From Anneissia japonica (lineage: Eukaryota), in contig NW_022727368.1 in the NCBI RefSeq assembly GCF_011630105.1, positions 169,157 to 233,156 of the forward strand: a DNA stretch of 64,000 nt. The letters run 5' to 3'. Shown here one piece after another: positions 1 to 13,163 of this stretch (position 1 is the first letter of the stretch; the number at the start of each line of letters is the position of its first letter). A program made the position numbers and the translations under genes. Under the pieces are notes generated by a model that was not told the origin of the DNA, ran no database searches, and was given only the letters and a program-made list of their open reading frames with translations.

Positions 1-11
1 AATCACAATGG

Positions 12-17
12 TTTATT
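12..17 (-). other. Candidate polyadenylation signal AATAAA for Gene A (plus-strand tttatt).
   Basis: Lies ~240 nt downstream of the Gene A stop codon on the minus strand. Confidence 0.25.
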
Positions 18-256
18 CCTCATGAGTGTGAAAAAGCCTTGAATGATTAGCATTTAGACCGAGTAAGCATGGTTAGGAGTACAGTACGACTATGTTGCGA
101 GACAGACAAAGTCAGAGACCTACCAACACTTTGCTCTAATTACCTCGTCCTTTGAATGGGGTGTTAAGCCATTAGTCGTGCGTGTGTGTGGGCGCACACG
201 ATAAAACACTTGGTAAACTATTTGGAAAGAGTAGGAAATAAATACACACACAATAA

Positions 257-2586
257 AACCTATAAGGCATCCAATTGTGCTCGCTGTTCAAAGATATAAA
301 TGATGCAAACAAAATCAACAACATATTTACCTGGCACCAACACAATTCCTTTCTCTGTAAATTCAGCTGTATCATACTGCTCGTTTGGATAAAGAATATG
401 AAAGTCATTGTCGTCTGGGTTCTGACGTCGGTCCAGAAAGATTGTGGCAGTGTCATTTCTGACATAGATACTTTCTGTCAGCACCATAAATGTCAAAGAT
501 GGCCTGATTGAAAAAATAGTGTCACCAATGATACTGTAATTGGCAATGTTCAACGTTATTTCTGGTATCCAGAGATAGGAACGTATATCTATAAAATCAC
601 CAATAGAGAAAGTGTTTGGCAGGTCATCATATTCATCATTATTGTACATGTAAGCATAGGCAGTAGTGAACTCTAGCTTGGCAGTGATGTTTGGTACATT
701 AATGTGGCAGATATCAGAGGAGTTGATTGGCCCGTAGAGACGACCAGCAAAGTCTACTACACAGCTGTCATACCAAAGATTTCCCCTTCCAGTGATAATA
801 CTGTTAGCAATAAAATCAACATCATCCCGGAGAGCTAAAGAGAATGTGCCCTGAAAGGAAGCACCTTCAACATTGACTGGTAGGAATCCTAAATGGAAGA
901 ACCCAATGTCATTGTCATAAGTTATTTCACAAAGTGTTGGATCCAAGCATGAAGGACTTGATATAATATCAGCTGGCAGGACCTCTCCACTTCCATTTGA
1001 AATGGTGAAATTAACTGCACCAAGATAAAGACTCAAGTTATATGCTGGAGAGTTGGAAGCGTCAGTGTGTTGGATCTTATAGAAGAACTTTACAAAGTCC
1101 AAACTATCCACAATGTCACTTGGATCTGGCACAATACGCACAAACGTTATCTCTAATTCTGGTTCAACAATCACAAATTCGTCACCAAGTGGTGTGACTG
1201 CCTCATCAATTACTGTTAAATTATAGTCCCAGTTGTCTAGAATGTGCTGGGTTTCATTATCTGGTGGAACAAAGCATTCACATTCAAAACCTTCTTGTGG
1301 AACCATCTCTTCGCATAGAACTGGTTTGATATCAGGAATAATGATGTCTACATCAGAACAATTGCAATATAACACAAATTCATCCCAGTTCACACTTTCC
1401 TGAGGGCTATTTGGATTACAGTATGTTCCGTTGGCAGTGGTAGTAGTTCCGTTGGCATTAGTATTAGTTCCACTGCCAGTGGTATTAGTTCCATATTCAG
1501 AAGTTACATTATGCTCACAGGTAACATCTTGGGTGACACTACTCTGATTTGTATAGGTTCCATTTTTCTGTAATTGGTATCGTTTCAAGGCATCCTGAAT
1601 TGTATAATTCACTGTGAAAACTTTCTCACATGAACAATAGCCATCATTGACTATGTACTCTTTTGAGTATACAACATCTTCACATTCTGTGACATTGAAA
1701 GTGTTGCAGGCATTTGTAACATTGACTGTACATATATCGTGACAGTAACATGGTTTGAAATTTGCATCAGTTACGTTCCCACAATCACACAATGAAGGAT
1801 CACCATGGTAAGTAGATGTGTCTACCACTGACCTCTGGCACTGTATGATAGAGAAATTAGCAACACTGGAAGAAACAGGAAAACTGTGAAAACTACAAGA
1901 GCAGTTTGAATCAACAAATAGATTCTGTGATGAACACTGGCAGAACCAAGTCAAATTCAACATCTGTAGCACATTTACTTCCCAGCATTCTCTTTTGGAA
2001 ACATTCTTACATTCCTCTTGCGTGTTCTTGACAATATGATTGACATTTGGACAAGTGTAGTTTCTAAAGTACATTTCTCTACATCTTGTTAGATAGTCAA
2101 TGTTATCCTGAGAGTTGGCAGTTGAAAATATCTTGTATGAGTCACAATCACATACTGTGTTATCAAATTCTGAGAAATCTTTCACCATTGGTTGATTCAG
2201 GAAATACTGTACATTCTTTTCACAGAAATTAACACAGTCACATGAAGGTGCCCCAAAGTAGCTCTTTTCAGTTTCTTGGAACGTTGATGTGCAGTTACAA
2301 AGATCACTCCGATGGCCGATCAGTGTCATCGTATCACAGGCACAATCCAAAGGATAGAAGTCGTTAAAATATTGAGTAAGAGGCTTAGAACAGGTACAGT
2401 TTTCTTCATACCAAAGAGGTGGTGGTTTTGGTACTGACATGTACATGAATGTAGATGATGTATTGATATATAAAGTCTCATCTCGACTATTCTCCACCTC
2501 ATCAGATATTACCATAGTTACATAAATAGCAACAGAATCACCTCCTAAACCAAAACCTGGAAGATTAACAGCCTGGTATTTTACCC
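257..2586 (-). CDS. Gene A terminal coding exon (~775 codons plus stop). Extracellular region dense in CxC cysteine pairs (CDC, CNC, CSC, CEC, CYC, CTC, CAC, CQC) and about 40 NxS/T sequons.
   Basis: Acceptor tttttag| at 2586. Uninterrupted frame to the stop at 259-257. A minus-strand AATAAA lies at 17-12. A possible internal donor CCAG|gtaaat at 331 leaves the terminal-exon status uncertain. Confidence 0.55.
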
Positions 2587-2855
2587 CTAAAAAATAAAAG
2601 GAAATATATTCTATTATCATTTGAAGTATTAAATGAAAAATATGTTTTACTACAAAATACTATGTTTGGTAACTTCTGTCAGTACAGTATTATAATTATT
2701 ATTATTATAATTATTATTATTATAATTATTATTATTATTATTATTATTTTTATTATCAAACATATTACAGTATAACATAGAAAAATTAAAAACCTGGTAT
2801 TTTATTAAAATATCATTTACTGTAGTTTGTAAAATGAAAATTATATTATTAATAC

Positions 2856-3215
2856 CTGGTTGATAAGGGTTGTGATTGTTTCCACCAACAAAAGTGCAAA
2901 CAACACCATCTCGATTGGTTGTGATTGAAGTATTCACAACCTTTGCCATTCCAAGCTCAACAGTTACTTCTTCGAAACAGAAATCAGGAATACTATAATG
3001 ATCCTCTGCACCTAATTCTGTTGTTGAATTACTTTCAGATGATGATGAATTTTGGGAAGGGGGCTCTGGAGAAGATTCATCTCTATAAGGTTTTGCCAGC
3101 AAAGACTTGTTGGCAAATAGTGTTGAGCAAATCTGATATGGTTTCTGTGACTTATTGTAGTTGCCTTCTAATATACTGGTGAGGTTCAAACCTTCTAAAG
3201 GGTCTTCTAAATCAT
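2856..3215 (-). CDS. Gene A exon (DLEDPLEGLNLTSILEGNYNKSQKPY … GGNNHNPYQP). S-rich and glycosylated.
   Basis: Acceptor tttcag| and donor CCAG|gtatta. 360 nt, phase 1 in and 1 out. ORF 2650..3189. Confidence 0.55.
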
Positions 3216-3580
3216 CTGAAAGAATTATAAGTGCGAGGCAGTGAAGACGAAAATTTGTATTTCATTAACAAAATTTTGATTCTCAGAAAGTGCACACAAG
3301 TGGTTTATTCAAAAAATATATTAATTAGAATAGTTTTTTATCATAGATAAGCAATGTTAATCTCATTACCACAAATTTTAAACTACTGTACTTTTAAATG
3401 TTTTATATTTTTGTATTTTTTAAATGTTATTTTAATTTTAAGGAGACGCTTGTTCGGAATCCTGTCTAATTTTTTTGTGTCATTTTCTTATATTTTATTG
3501 TAAATTATGAGACCAATAAATAAAATTAAATAAGTAATAAAACAAAATAAAATTGAAATACAATATATTTATGCATTTAC

Positions 3581-4558
3581 CATCTTTTTTGGTTTCTTCT
3601 AAACATGCACAAGTCCAATCGCCAATATAATCATCAAGAGGATGTGGAGTATAATTAGGACTATCACTCTGGTTCTTTTGACCAGGAATTCCTGCCCAGT
3701 TGCACTCACTGAAAATAGCACTGTGGCAAAAATTGACAGAGAAATTCTTACAGATTTCTTCATCTGTTGGGACAGTGAAGTTAGTGGAACAATTGGACAA
3801 GTTCCAAGAAATTGATGAGTTCCAAAAAAGCGATGTATTCCAAGGAATCGATGAATTCCAAAATACTGATGACTGGTTGAATGATGTTCCATTGAAATTA
3901 ATTATGCCATTCATCATGTTACTGCTACTGGTCGACACATTGCATGTCATTCCATGGAAGTCTGATGCTGTTTGCAGGTAACTGGTTACATTAGGATTTT
4001 GAAGGCAGAGCTTTTTCGAAGTGTTCTGACATGCTTCATAGACATGTGGAAGAAAATCGCAATCTGTGATCTTGCTTTTCCCCGTGTCTCTATCTGTCAC
4101 ATTAGTACAAAGTTGGTCAGTCTTCAACTGGCAAGAAAACTGCGAGATTATAAAGCTGGCATCAAATGATACATTCTTTTCTCCATAACAAAAACACGGC
4201 CGCATCTCTGCATAACATCCGTTGTCAAAAAAAGTATCTTCAATTGGCAGTACCTCCGGTATGTTTTTCTGGATCTGTTGCACTTCCCATATTTTTCGAG
4301 TTACATTTCGACGTGGGAGGTACATTTCCATTGTGAGGTTGCACGTGATTGGAGGTAGAGGGACCATAAGTCGGTAGGTAAGTTGTTCATTGATGGCAAC
4401 TTCCTTATCAGGTGTATCGGGAAGAGATGTTCCGATAAATTTGAGAGATGCATTTCGGATATTGAGGACATTTTCACTTACGGTTGTGTAAGGATAATAC
4501 CTACCCCAGTGGTAAAAGCTCACCATTTCATATTTCACTTGAGCCTGTAAGCAAATGC
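3581..4558 (-). CDS. Gene A exon (~325 codons). Many NxS/T sequons including repeated WNSS/WNTS motifs, and cysteine-rich.
   Basis: Acceptor cttcacag| at 4558 and donor GATG|gtaaat at 3581. 978 nt = 2+975+1 with no stops. ORF 3495..4538. Confidence 0.55.
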
Positions 4559-4813
4559 CTGTGAAGAAAAATATTAATACAAATCTTAATTATAAAGCCC
4601 TGTCTAGACTATTAAATTTGATTGGACAAAAACATTTGGCATGTTTAAATATGGTCATGATGACATCACATCATCACCATATATAGCCACATCATGACTA
4701 AATATGGGCATACAACAGTTTTTTTTGTCAAAGAATGTTGATAGTGTGGACATGACATCATGTAGGTGATCACTTTTTGGTTTAAAAAAGAAACAAACTT
4801 CTAATGACCTAAC

Positions 4814-5086
4814 CTTCCATTAGCTTGGTAGAAATTTGCACAAGGAATGTGCCTTCAATGACTTCATTCAGGTCTAGTTTATAGATATATAGCTTCAGGA
4901 TCTCATCATTTAGTAGTTTTCCTTGTTCTGACAGTTGATCTCTTAGCGGAATTCTTGAATTTTCATAAGGAAGGAAATGTTTGTAGATCTTCATATAAGG
5001 TAAGAGAATACTGACATTTATATGATGGGCAGCTGATTGTGATACATCTGAATGATTTACTCTTAAGTAGTACTGAAATATTTCAC
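4814..5086 (-). CDS. Gene A exon (EIFQYYLRVNHSDVSQSAAHHINVSILLPYMKIYKHFLPYENSRIPLRDQLSEQGKLLNDEILKLYIYKLDLNEVIEGTFLVQISTKLME).
   Basis: Acceptor tcatcag| and donor GAAG|gttagg. 273 nt, phase 1 in and 1 out. Confidence 0.5.
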
Positions 5087-5547
5087 CTGATGAAAGAGAA
5101 CAAAGATTGTCATTATTTTCTTCATTCTGTAAATTCTGCAGTGTTAACTAATGTATAGACATCTTGAATGGTTTTCACATTGCACGACTGGTAATGACAG
5201 AAGGCAAGGATTATTTGAAAATTACACTGCAAACATTATTAAATATCTGGGCCAGATGCAGGATGCCAGATGTCCGTAGGTGGTACGTATGAGTGGACAC
5301 TACCTCAGCCCCACCATGGTTGGGGCTGAGGCTACGAACATTTTGAGAATATGGTTAAATTCTAGGTGCCTGGAAATTGCACTCTCGTACCTTAAAAATC
5401 TTACCAGTAATTCATATCAACAATAAAAAATAATACAATTATTTTTCTTAATAAAATTTAGGAGGGTGCGATCGCACCGTATGCACCCCCTGCATATGTC
5501 CCAGGATACAAGCCAACCATACAGGTAGTTACGGAGAAACCTCTCAC

Positions 5548-5745
5548 CAGGGTCAGCATCCGTGCTAGCATTGGCCACCTTCAGATGCAAGTGGATATCT
5601 GGTTCAGTTACTGTAATGGTTTGCTGCTGTATCAAATCTTCTCCATTAGTGTATGTTACTACAGTCGTTAATGTATGCTCTGTGTCTTTCACAGCTTCAT
5701 CTTTTTCATCCAGAAGAACAACATTAAACTCGACCACAGTACTGT
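5548..5745 (-). CDS. Gene A exon (STVVEFNVVLLDEKDEAVKDTEHTLTTVVTYTNGEDLIQQQTITVTEPDIHLHLKVANASTDADP).
   Basis: Acceptor ttatag| and donor CCCTG|gtgaga. 198 nt, phase 1 in and 1 out. Part of ORF 5417..5737. Confidence 0.5.
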
Positions 5746-6227
5746 CTATAACAGATATTATAAGTATAGAAGCTAGCTGTTAATCTCGTAATGAATAATT
5801 AATGTTTACATCAGTGCGATTGTTGGTTGGATTCCCCTTTTTGCATGGTGTTTTTTTAATGGAAAAGATTGTACACAATGCTTTCAAAAGGCCACACCTA
5901 AAGATTTCTGTAATTGGGAAGGCATCTTACATCAAGATGTTCAAATGCTTTAAATCGGAGACGTAGCCTGTCCAATCAACTGAGTAAGAACCAAACTACA
6001 AATGAAATTCCCAGTTTTTGATTCTTTGATCATTAGGAAGGAAATGTGTCCTAATGAAATAATCCAAGAGCGTACTAAACGTAGCCTAATAAACATAGCC
6101 TAATAGCTAAATTTAGTAGACTCTAAATGGTAATTGGAAAATGTAATGTCCAAATCCTTAAAGTGACAGTACGCTATTTCTAAAATTTTGTTGTAGAAGA
6201 CATAGACACTGTAAAATAAAAACTTAC

Positions 6228-6314
6228 CATTTTCACTTTGTAGGTTATCAGCTATATTTGTCGCTTCACCTAAATTCATTTTCAGATTTGACCTTGTTGA
6301 CATATCCCATGATA
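6228..6314 (-). CDS. Gene A exon (SWDMSTRSNLKMNLGEATNIADNLQSEN).
   Basis: Acceptor cactgaag| and donor AAATG|gtaagt. 87 nt, phase 1 in and 1 out. Confidence 0.45.
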
Positions 6315-6386
6315 CTTCAGTGGTAAATAAAATAGTAAATCATATAATAAAATATACAGTTGGTAGTCTATGAGTGGAATACTTAC

Positions 6387-6426
6387 CTGTATTCCCACTC
6401 TGGTAATTAGATGGTTTATCAAATTT
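6387..6426 (-). CDS. Gene A 40-nt micro-exon (KFDKPSNYQSGNT). Its donor CAG|gtaagtattccactcatagactaccaac is a fragment of the DIRS-element terminus.
   Basis: Phase 0 in and 1 out joins the flanking exons exactly. The intron to the next exon is 72 nt. Confidence 0.4.
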
Positions 6427-7629
6427 CTTCATTCAGAGCAAAAATAATTTTACTGAATTTGATCAAACATATAGAAGTTGTAAGAGTTGCTTATAACAAA
6501 ACTATAGCTTTTTGTGAGAACAGTTTAAGCTCAGTCACTGTTCTGTTGGTATCAACTGTGTGCGCATTGAAATATGGAGTTCCTTTCATAACTTTTGTTC
6601 TCAGTATAAACTTCATGACTACCCTGTGTTTAAGCTGGAGTTTTAGTTTTTAAAGCCATTAGTCATTTGTGCAATACAGCTGACAGGGGTTGATTCAGAG
6701 AAAAATCTAGGTAGGGGCAATGCTGGATCTAATTAAGGTTTGTTTGAGATTTTTGTTAACCAATGCTTGACTATAGACAAGGTAAATAGAATTTAAATCA
6801 AACAATAGCTTGTTGTGGAGTACCACCCACCCCCACTTTTTCCTTTCTTTTCTTCTCTCATTTTTTTCTGCGGTGGGGGAAACCTGGTCCCTGTGGCCCC
6901 ACTAGATCCACCCCTGGCCCAGGTACATGTTAAAAAAAAAGTGCGCTCACTGAAAAAGAGTCACTGTGTACTCTCTGATCCACCACCCCTCAAAATAGGT
7001 CTTCATGATTTAGAGAGTCTATCATGGTATGTTTCACACAAGAAATCCTATCTTACCTATGTCTTCATCTCCATCTTCAAGATATGCCGAGGTTAGGTTG
7101 ACAATATTGGAACCAATGAATATGATTCTTGAATAGTAGATGGCTAGCACAGGATGTGGCATAATTATATGAAGGTCAATCTGGTAATGGTAGATAATAT
7201 GATAATAAGTTGATATGAGTTATTGGTGCTACACATAAGTAGTATAGAAAGTACTGTATTTACTTATCTATGGTAAACACATTTAAAAAACAAATGGTTA
7301 AAAAATACTTGATTTGAAATTTGTGTACACAAAAAATAGTTCTGTATACTGCAAGGATTCCAAGATTTTAAGATCTGGTTAAATGAGCTTTCTTTCTTAA
7401 ATTTAATTTTTTTTTTGTGGATGGTGATATAGATCGGCATGGACTTCTGCAAAATAGTAAAAACATGCAAACATTATCAATTTGCTGGGAATATGTATTT
7501 TCCTGATGTTACTTGCGGAAGTGAGGGAGGTGTTCCCAATTTCCAGGATACCCCTGTGAGGGACTTGAAACCCCTGCTACTGAACATTTTAATGAGCAAA
7601 GAAAAGAAATACTATACAGTAGCATATAC

Positions 7630-8888
7630 CTGAGAGGTTACTTCTGGCATGGTTATATTGACTATGAATGTTGCATTAGACCCAACAGGCATCAGGTAGT
7701 TTAGAGGTCCAGTATCATCATCATCTACGATATAATCCATGTAATCTTCTACTGTGCCATTCTCTGGAGCAGCAATTGTTGTCATCACATCAATTTCCTT
7801 TTCAACTAAGTCCCTTGCATACAAAGTGTAAACAATGCCAGGTGTCTCTAGAGCTTCACTGGTTCCTGCCAGATATGGAATCACCGTATCCTGTTCCTCC
7901 TTTCTGAAGGACAACCATACCTCACAGATAATTGAGTAATGTGGAGCAATTCCATTATTGACAAGGCGAAACGTCTGCTGGCCTAAAGTGACAACCTCTG
8001 GAGCAAGTTCCGTGAAATGGATATGAAATGTGTGATTGGTAGTTGTCATGATGTCAGCGTTACTATCACTGGTGATGTTCACTGGATGGATGATATCCAG
8101 TTCAAGAGTGATGGGGATAATGACCAAATCAGGGCAGGTCACATTCATCCAGATATCCTTGATAGAGAATTCAAGAACATGAGACAAGTTAAACCCATAT
8201 ATGATGTCATCTTCTGCGTCTGGTACCTGTGTGATGTTCAATGGTGGAATAAGTGGTACAAATGGCTGGGCAGTGACAATTAGAGATCGTGATGAACTAG
8301 CCCAGTACTTTTCTCCCCTTACTGGAAATTTGAAATCCATTTTTACAGAAAATCTAAGTTTATCATCTTTAACTACACTTGACAAAATTCGTGAATTTAA
8401 CGAGATACTAATTGCACGGTCAACGGCACGTCCAGTCTCCACGCAGATGAATGGTGTAAAAGAGAGAGAATACTGGACAATGATATACTCCCCATCCGGG
8501 TCTTGTTCTATCAGCCTCTCAAGGGTTACATCAGGATGTTCTCGGCTTGTTCCGCTGTGATATTTGTCTAATGTATCTATGACTGAGTCTAGGGTGATTT
8601 CATCAGCATCCATGTTATGTGTAGAATTGAACATATCATTAGCAGAGGTTTTTATCAGGTTTCTACCAAGTTTCCACACGGGTGTGACGTTTTCAAATTT
8701 AGCCAAGTACACACCATCAAGTTGTGGAACGTCAAGCGTGATGACCACCCCACGGTTGAATGCTTCAGTGTTGTAGATGACCACCGCATGAGCAATGAGT
8801 TCATGTTTCAGAGCAAATTTAGCCTCAGAAAATGTTGGAATGTTGCGAAACCATATTAAGGCATTTCTAATAGCCACTTCCTGGATAG
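7630..8888 (-). CDS. Gene A large exon (~419 codons, AIQEVAIRNALIWFRN … ITMPEVTSQ). Hydrophilic and N-glycosylation-rich, with few Cys.
   Basis: Acceptor ttttttcag| at 8888 and donor TCTCAG|gtatat at 7630. Length 2+1257 nt with no stops. The first 30 aa of ORF 7612..8976 are intronic read-through of a SINE. Confidence 0.55.
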
Positions 8889-8954
8889 CTGAAAAAAAGT
8901 GTAACTTGATATTATTAAGATCATAACATGACTTACTAACTCTAAAGTTAGTAG

Positions 8955-9235
8955 AAGTGGTTTGGCGCAGTGGCAACGACTTGGTATCCCAACTTTGTGG
9001 TCAGGGTTTTAATCCCTCGCTGTGCATTTCGCTTGTGTTCTAGAGCAAGACACTTTATCTGCATTGCTTCTCTCCACCCTGGAGTACAAGTGGATAGCTA
9101 GTAGGGTTAGAATGCCAAATGCACCGATTAGCTGCTACAACGTTATGGAATAGAGTTTGTGTTTCGTAAGTGTTTAGCCTGTGGTAATAATATGAAGTGC
9201 ATTTGAGACCTTAGCATGATGCACTATATAAATCT
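8955..9235 (+). mobile_element. SINE (head GGTTTGGCGCAGTGGCAACGACTTGGTATCCCAAC…). Second copy at 28505-28735.
   Basis: tRNA-like 5' region and shared body (…gtgcatttcgcttgtgttctagagcaagacactttat…ctccaccc.ggagtacaagtgg…). Confidence 0.5.
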
Positions 9236-11088
9236 ACATTTAATGTAGTAATACTACTGTATTAATAAAGCGTTTATGCACATAAAAAAAATGTTCAACA
9301 TGGTGCATTTTTGGCCGTTAACAGAACTGGTCCATGGCACCCGGCTTTTGGAAAAACTCGGGTTATAAATCCTGCTGGTTTGTTGATTAGCGATGGGTTC
9401 TTTAAATTATTTATTGCCACTGAAGCCCATGAGATGAACTGAGTGATTGTAATGGGTTTCTTGTTTACATTCCAATGGCTATATGTTGCTGGCCAGGACT
9501 CTCTTGTTAACTCCCAATGGACATTCTTAAAACCAATTAAAGTTAAGTTTATGGAGCTGCTAACAGCTCCCTCTGGACCATTTGACAGCTCACTCTCAAC
9601 TATAAGACAGCTCACTATGGACCATTTCTGCTAACGGGGACTTTTGCCTCATGATATACAGTAATTACCAACTGCCTGGGTTGTTTGATTGAATGGCTTG
9701 GTGCTTTGTGTAATATTGGCTGTAACAGTTGATACTAGAATTTGGCTAACTTCAACATAGTTTAATAATTTACCTGAAAAGAGAAGGTACAAATGAAAGA
9801 AAAAATTGCATCTATACAATGGTAAGATTATTACCACGAAGCATTATTATTGCTATAAAGATGGTACCAGGATTATAGCAGTTTCTTACCAAAAATGGTA
9901 CATTGTATACAAATGTATGCGGCATATAATAACTAACTGTATTATAAGTCGCTACAAATGTTTTTTTCCTACCCAGGCCTAGCCTACATCGATTCGTAAG
10001 CATAGATGAAATCATCAGTGCGTGGTGGTGGTTTTTAGTTGGTGTCTGCACCAACTAAATATGTGATTACTGTATCCTTCCAAATGCTTGAAGATATTTT
10101 AATTTCTTTGATAAATGTCGCTCAAAATAGTAAACTCATGACTAAATTCTTCAAATACAATAAAATATTTATTCTTCGTACTGATGTGTAAATTGTACAG
10201 TACATACCATTTGAACTGCACTGCTGTGCTAGCGCGTACTACAGCAGCAATCCACACGCACAGCTAAATGTACCGTAATACGCGCACAGATATAATAAAT
10301 ATATCACTATAGCTACCAATGACTACAACAGTTTCATTATGAAACTAACTTTAAACAGATGGCGATTTACTTACAAAGCAATTAGAACAGTGCTTATGTA
10401 TACGCTAGAGGAAATTATTATAATCAGTTTAGATTAACACATTCAAAAAATTCCTTTCTTTTTTTTTTCTTTTATTAATCTAACATGAGTATATTAATTT
10501 CCACTAGTGTATGATATGCCACTATTCTAATTACTTATTACATCATAGTTGGTTGATAATACCATTACCAAATAATTAATAATGGTCTGGTAGTACAATG
10601 TCATAGTTCTATTCCTTATTTACCCAGGGTGTTCTATTCAGTGTGATAAAATTCTGTTTTGCCACAAGGCCCAGGCAGTGATGGCGCCAGGAATTTTTCG
10701 ACAAGGGGTCCAAACCATGAGGCAAACAAGAGCCTCGGTTGAGGTCCTGGAATAACAAATCCCTGTTAGGGTTTACGGGTAGAGTTCTTACGTCTTATTC
10801 TTATGGTCCAAATTGTGCTTTTAGACTGATTGGCAATTAAAATAATTTTGAATATGCAAGTTATATCTTTAATTTTTAATCCAACAAGCTCGTCGTAGCG
10901 TGGTAGCAAATGCCCCGCTGACCCGACAGCGCCACCACTGGGCCCAGGAGCAACTTGCCAAATTACTTCATGGTTGGTCCATGTGCAGTGCAAACCGAGT
11001 CCAAAAATTATGTGTATTTAAAAGACAACAATATCTTTTTTTATAAAAATATTTTCTGTAAATAAGATTTCAAAGAAGGTTTTGATAC

Positions 11089-11355
11089 CAGAGAACTTGA
11101 CAGAAATGTTGAAGTCCTTCCAATCAATTGGTTCAGGAGGGGGGTAATAAAATCCAGTAGTGTTGACATTTAAGCAGTACTTGGCACTGAAGAACTTATC
11201 TGTCTTGGGTAGAGCTTTGAATGGGTTGTGAGTTGGTGCTGGAGTTGTAATGATAGGCTTGATCCTCATAATAACACGGGTACAACCATCTTCGTCTTCC
11301 TCCTTAATGGTCACGTCATATGTATATTGGCGACCATTTACAGTCTCTTCTGCCA
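11089..11355 (-). CDS. Gene A exon (AEETVNGRQYTYDVTIKEEDEDGCTRVIMRIKPIITTPAPTHNPFKALPKTDKFFSAKYCLNVNTTGFYYPPPEPIDWKDFNISVKFS).
   Basis: Acceptor gatttag| and donor TCTG|gtatca. 267 nt, phase 1 in and 1 out. Lies within ORF 11018..11392. Confidence 0.5.
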
Positions 11356-12015
11356 CTAAATCAAAATTAATATCACAGTGAATATATACCAAATTTATTC
11401 AATAAACGTGAGCGTAAACCAACAATACGCCCTTATATGCACCTAGGAGAGGACGCCTGCTGTGTTAAAGGTGCACGTATTATGTATAAAGGTGCACGTA
11501 TTATGTATACTCTTGGATTACTTAAATTTGTAAGGGTTTTTTCTTGTTTTTGCAGATGGATGGCAGTATAATAATAGCAGTCAATGTTAATAAAATAATA
11601 AAACTTTCAATATACATGGTGCACACGAAAGTGTAATTACTTTATTATTAAGGAGGCTTCACAAGCTTACGAAAACGATAATGATTGTGGTTACATCATA
11701 ATTTTTGTAGTGAATCCATCCCACAGCATATATGTCACAAAATAGACGCCTTGACTTTTAAATGAATCAACGATAATATTCAGCTTGTATATGTATTGTT
11801 AATGATGTGTTAAGCACATTATTGCACGTTATTGTTTTTAAAAGGTTGCAAAATCTCCATATTATTGATACTCGCCATGCAAACATTCAAAATGTAATCA
11901 ATGTGTTAAACAATACACAAAGATTTAATGGCTTGACAAAAATAAATGTAAAAAAGACAGATATAAATGAAAAAAAAAGTTAGTGTCATTAAAAAAAGTG
12001 ACATACACCAGATAC

Positions 12016-12330
12016 TCTCCATTGTCATGCCACAGAAATCTTTCTCGTATGTCTCAGGAATTGGAGCAGAGGTTGGTACACTGAAGTCATATTGAGTGAA
12101 GAATATTCCACGATCGTTGATTTGGATGCAATCAGTTTCGTTAATATCTGTCGGACACAACATATTTTGAGGTTGTTCTGCAGCATTAAGCAGCTCCTCC
12201 AGGCAGGCTGTTGTGTTGACATGGTAACACTCTGAGGTCACATTCCATGGTAGGCAGGATGATACTGGGAACCGATAGCAGTACTCTGGGTCCCATGTTT
12301 GGTCTGGTGACCGATCATAGAACACACAAT
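12016..12330 (-). CDS. Gene A exon (CVFYDRSPDQTWDPEYCYRFPVSSCLPWNVTSECYHVNTTACLEELLNAAEQPQNMLCPTDINETDCIQINDRGIFFTQYDFSVPTSAPIPETYEKDFCGMTME).
   Basis: Acceptor tcctacag| at 12330. The donor was chosen by phase (GAGA|gtatct). An alternative donor 7 nt downstream (TCTG|gtgtat) would break phase. Part of the 11906..12325 ORF track. Confidence 0.45.
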
Positions 12331-13055
12331 CTGTAGGAACATTAAGGAATTTAATAAATACAATATAATCAATAAATAATAGCAGTACCCTTTTTAAGAG
12401 GATATGTTCTGGAACAAAGAGTGTCCCCTTAATATAAGGGTGTCATGGCCGAAATCTATTGTAATAGTAATATAAGCAATAAGTATGTGTATCGTACATG
12501 TGTGGAAAATAAGTTGGAACAAAATATGAAGACATTATTCTGCTGGTTTAAAATAATTATTTAAAAATTGAGTTTTTACCATAATATAATCCTAAAGAAA
12601 TTATAAAACAAGTGATGTGCAAGTGGTAGAAAACCAACTAAGCAGTGCATGTCATATCTATAAATATCGTCAAATTTTAATCATTTACGTCCAGACTATC
12701 AAATTTTATTTGACAAAAACATGTGACATGCCTAAAAATGGTGATGATGACATCACATCATTACCATATATAGGCACATCATGACCATATATAGGCACAT
12801 CATGACTATATATGGGCATACAACAGTTTTGTGATAGTTTGGAGAGAGCTTTAGATTTCAGAAGTTTGAGGCCTTTTATTACAAAGACATGTATCAAGCA
12901 GCATAGGAAAGACCCTTATAATTTAAATTTCCAAGTCACTTTGTCACCTGCATTAGTATAGTGGCGTTGACATTTGTTGCTACTGACAATGATGACAACA
13001 ATAATGATGATGATGATGATGATGATGAAAATGTGGGAAAATAAACATTACTAAC

Positions 13056-13163
13056 CGGAATGCAAAGCATCATAGCAATACGGATATGAAGGGCGCCACC
13101 AACAGTCAGGTTTTTTCCAAGGCTCAGTCAAGTTGATCCACATAAGCTCAGAGATATCAATTC
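13056..13163 (-). CDS. Gene A exon (…IDISELMWINLTEPWKKPDCWWRPSYPYCYDALHS…). Cysteine-rich.
   Basis: Acceptor cctag| and donor CCG|gttag. Phase 1 in and 1 out, matching the next exon. Confidence 0.45.

Noticed and set aside
8889-8976. N-terminal 30 aa (MPLRQTTSTNFRVSKSCYDLNNIKLHFFSA) of the 454-aa ORF as the start of a protein
   Set aside because: A strong acceptor (ttttttcag|) at 8888 and phase continuity with the 11089 exon show this stretch is intronic. It overlaps a SINE copy.
9295-9615. 106-aa minus-strand ORF between Gene A exons as an additional exon
   Set aside because: There is no acceptor/donor pair in a compatible phase, and the 11089 and 8888 exons join directly with correct phase.
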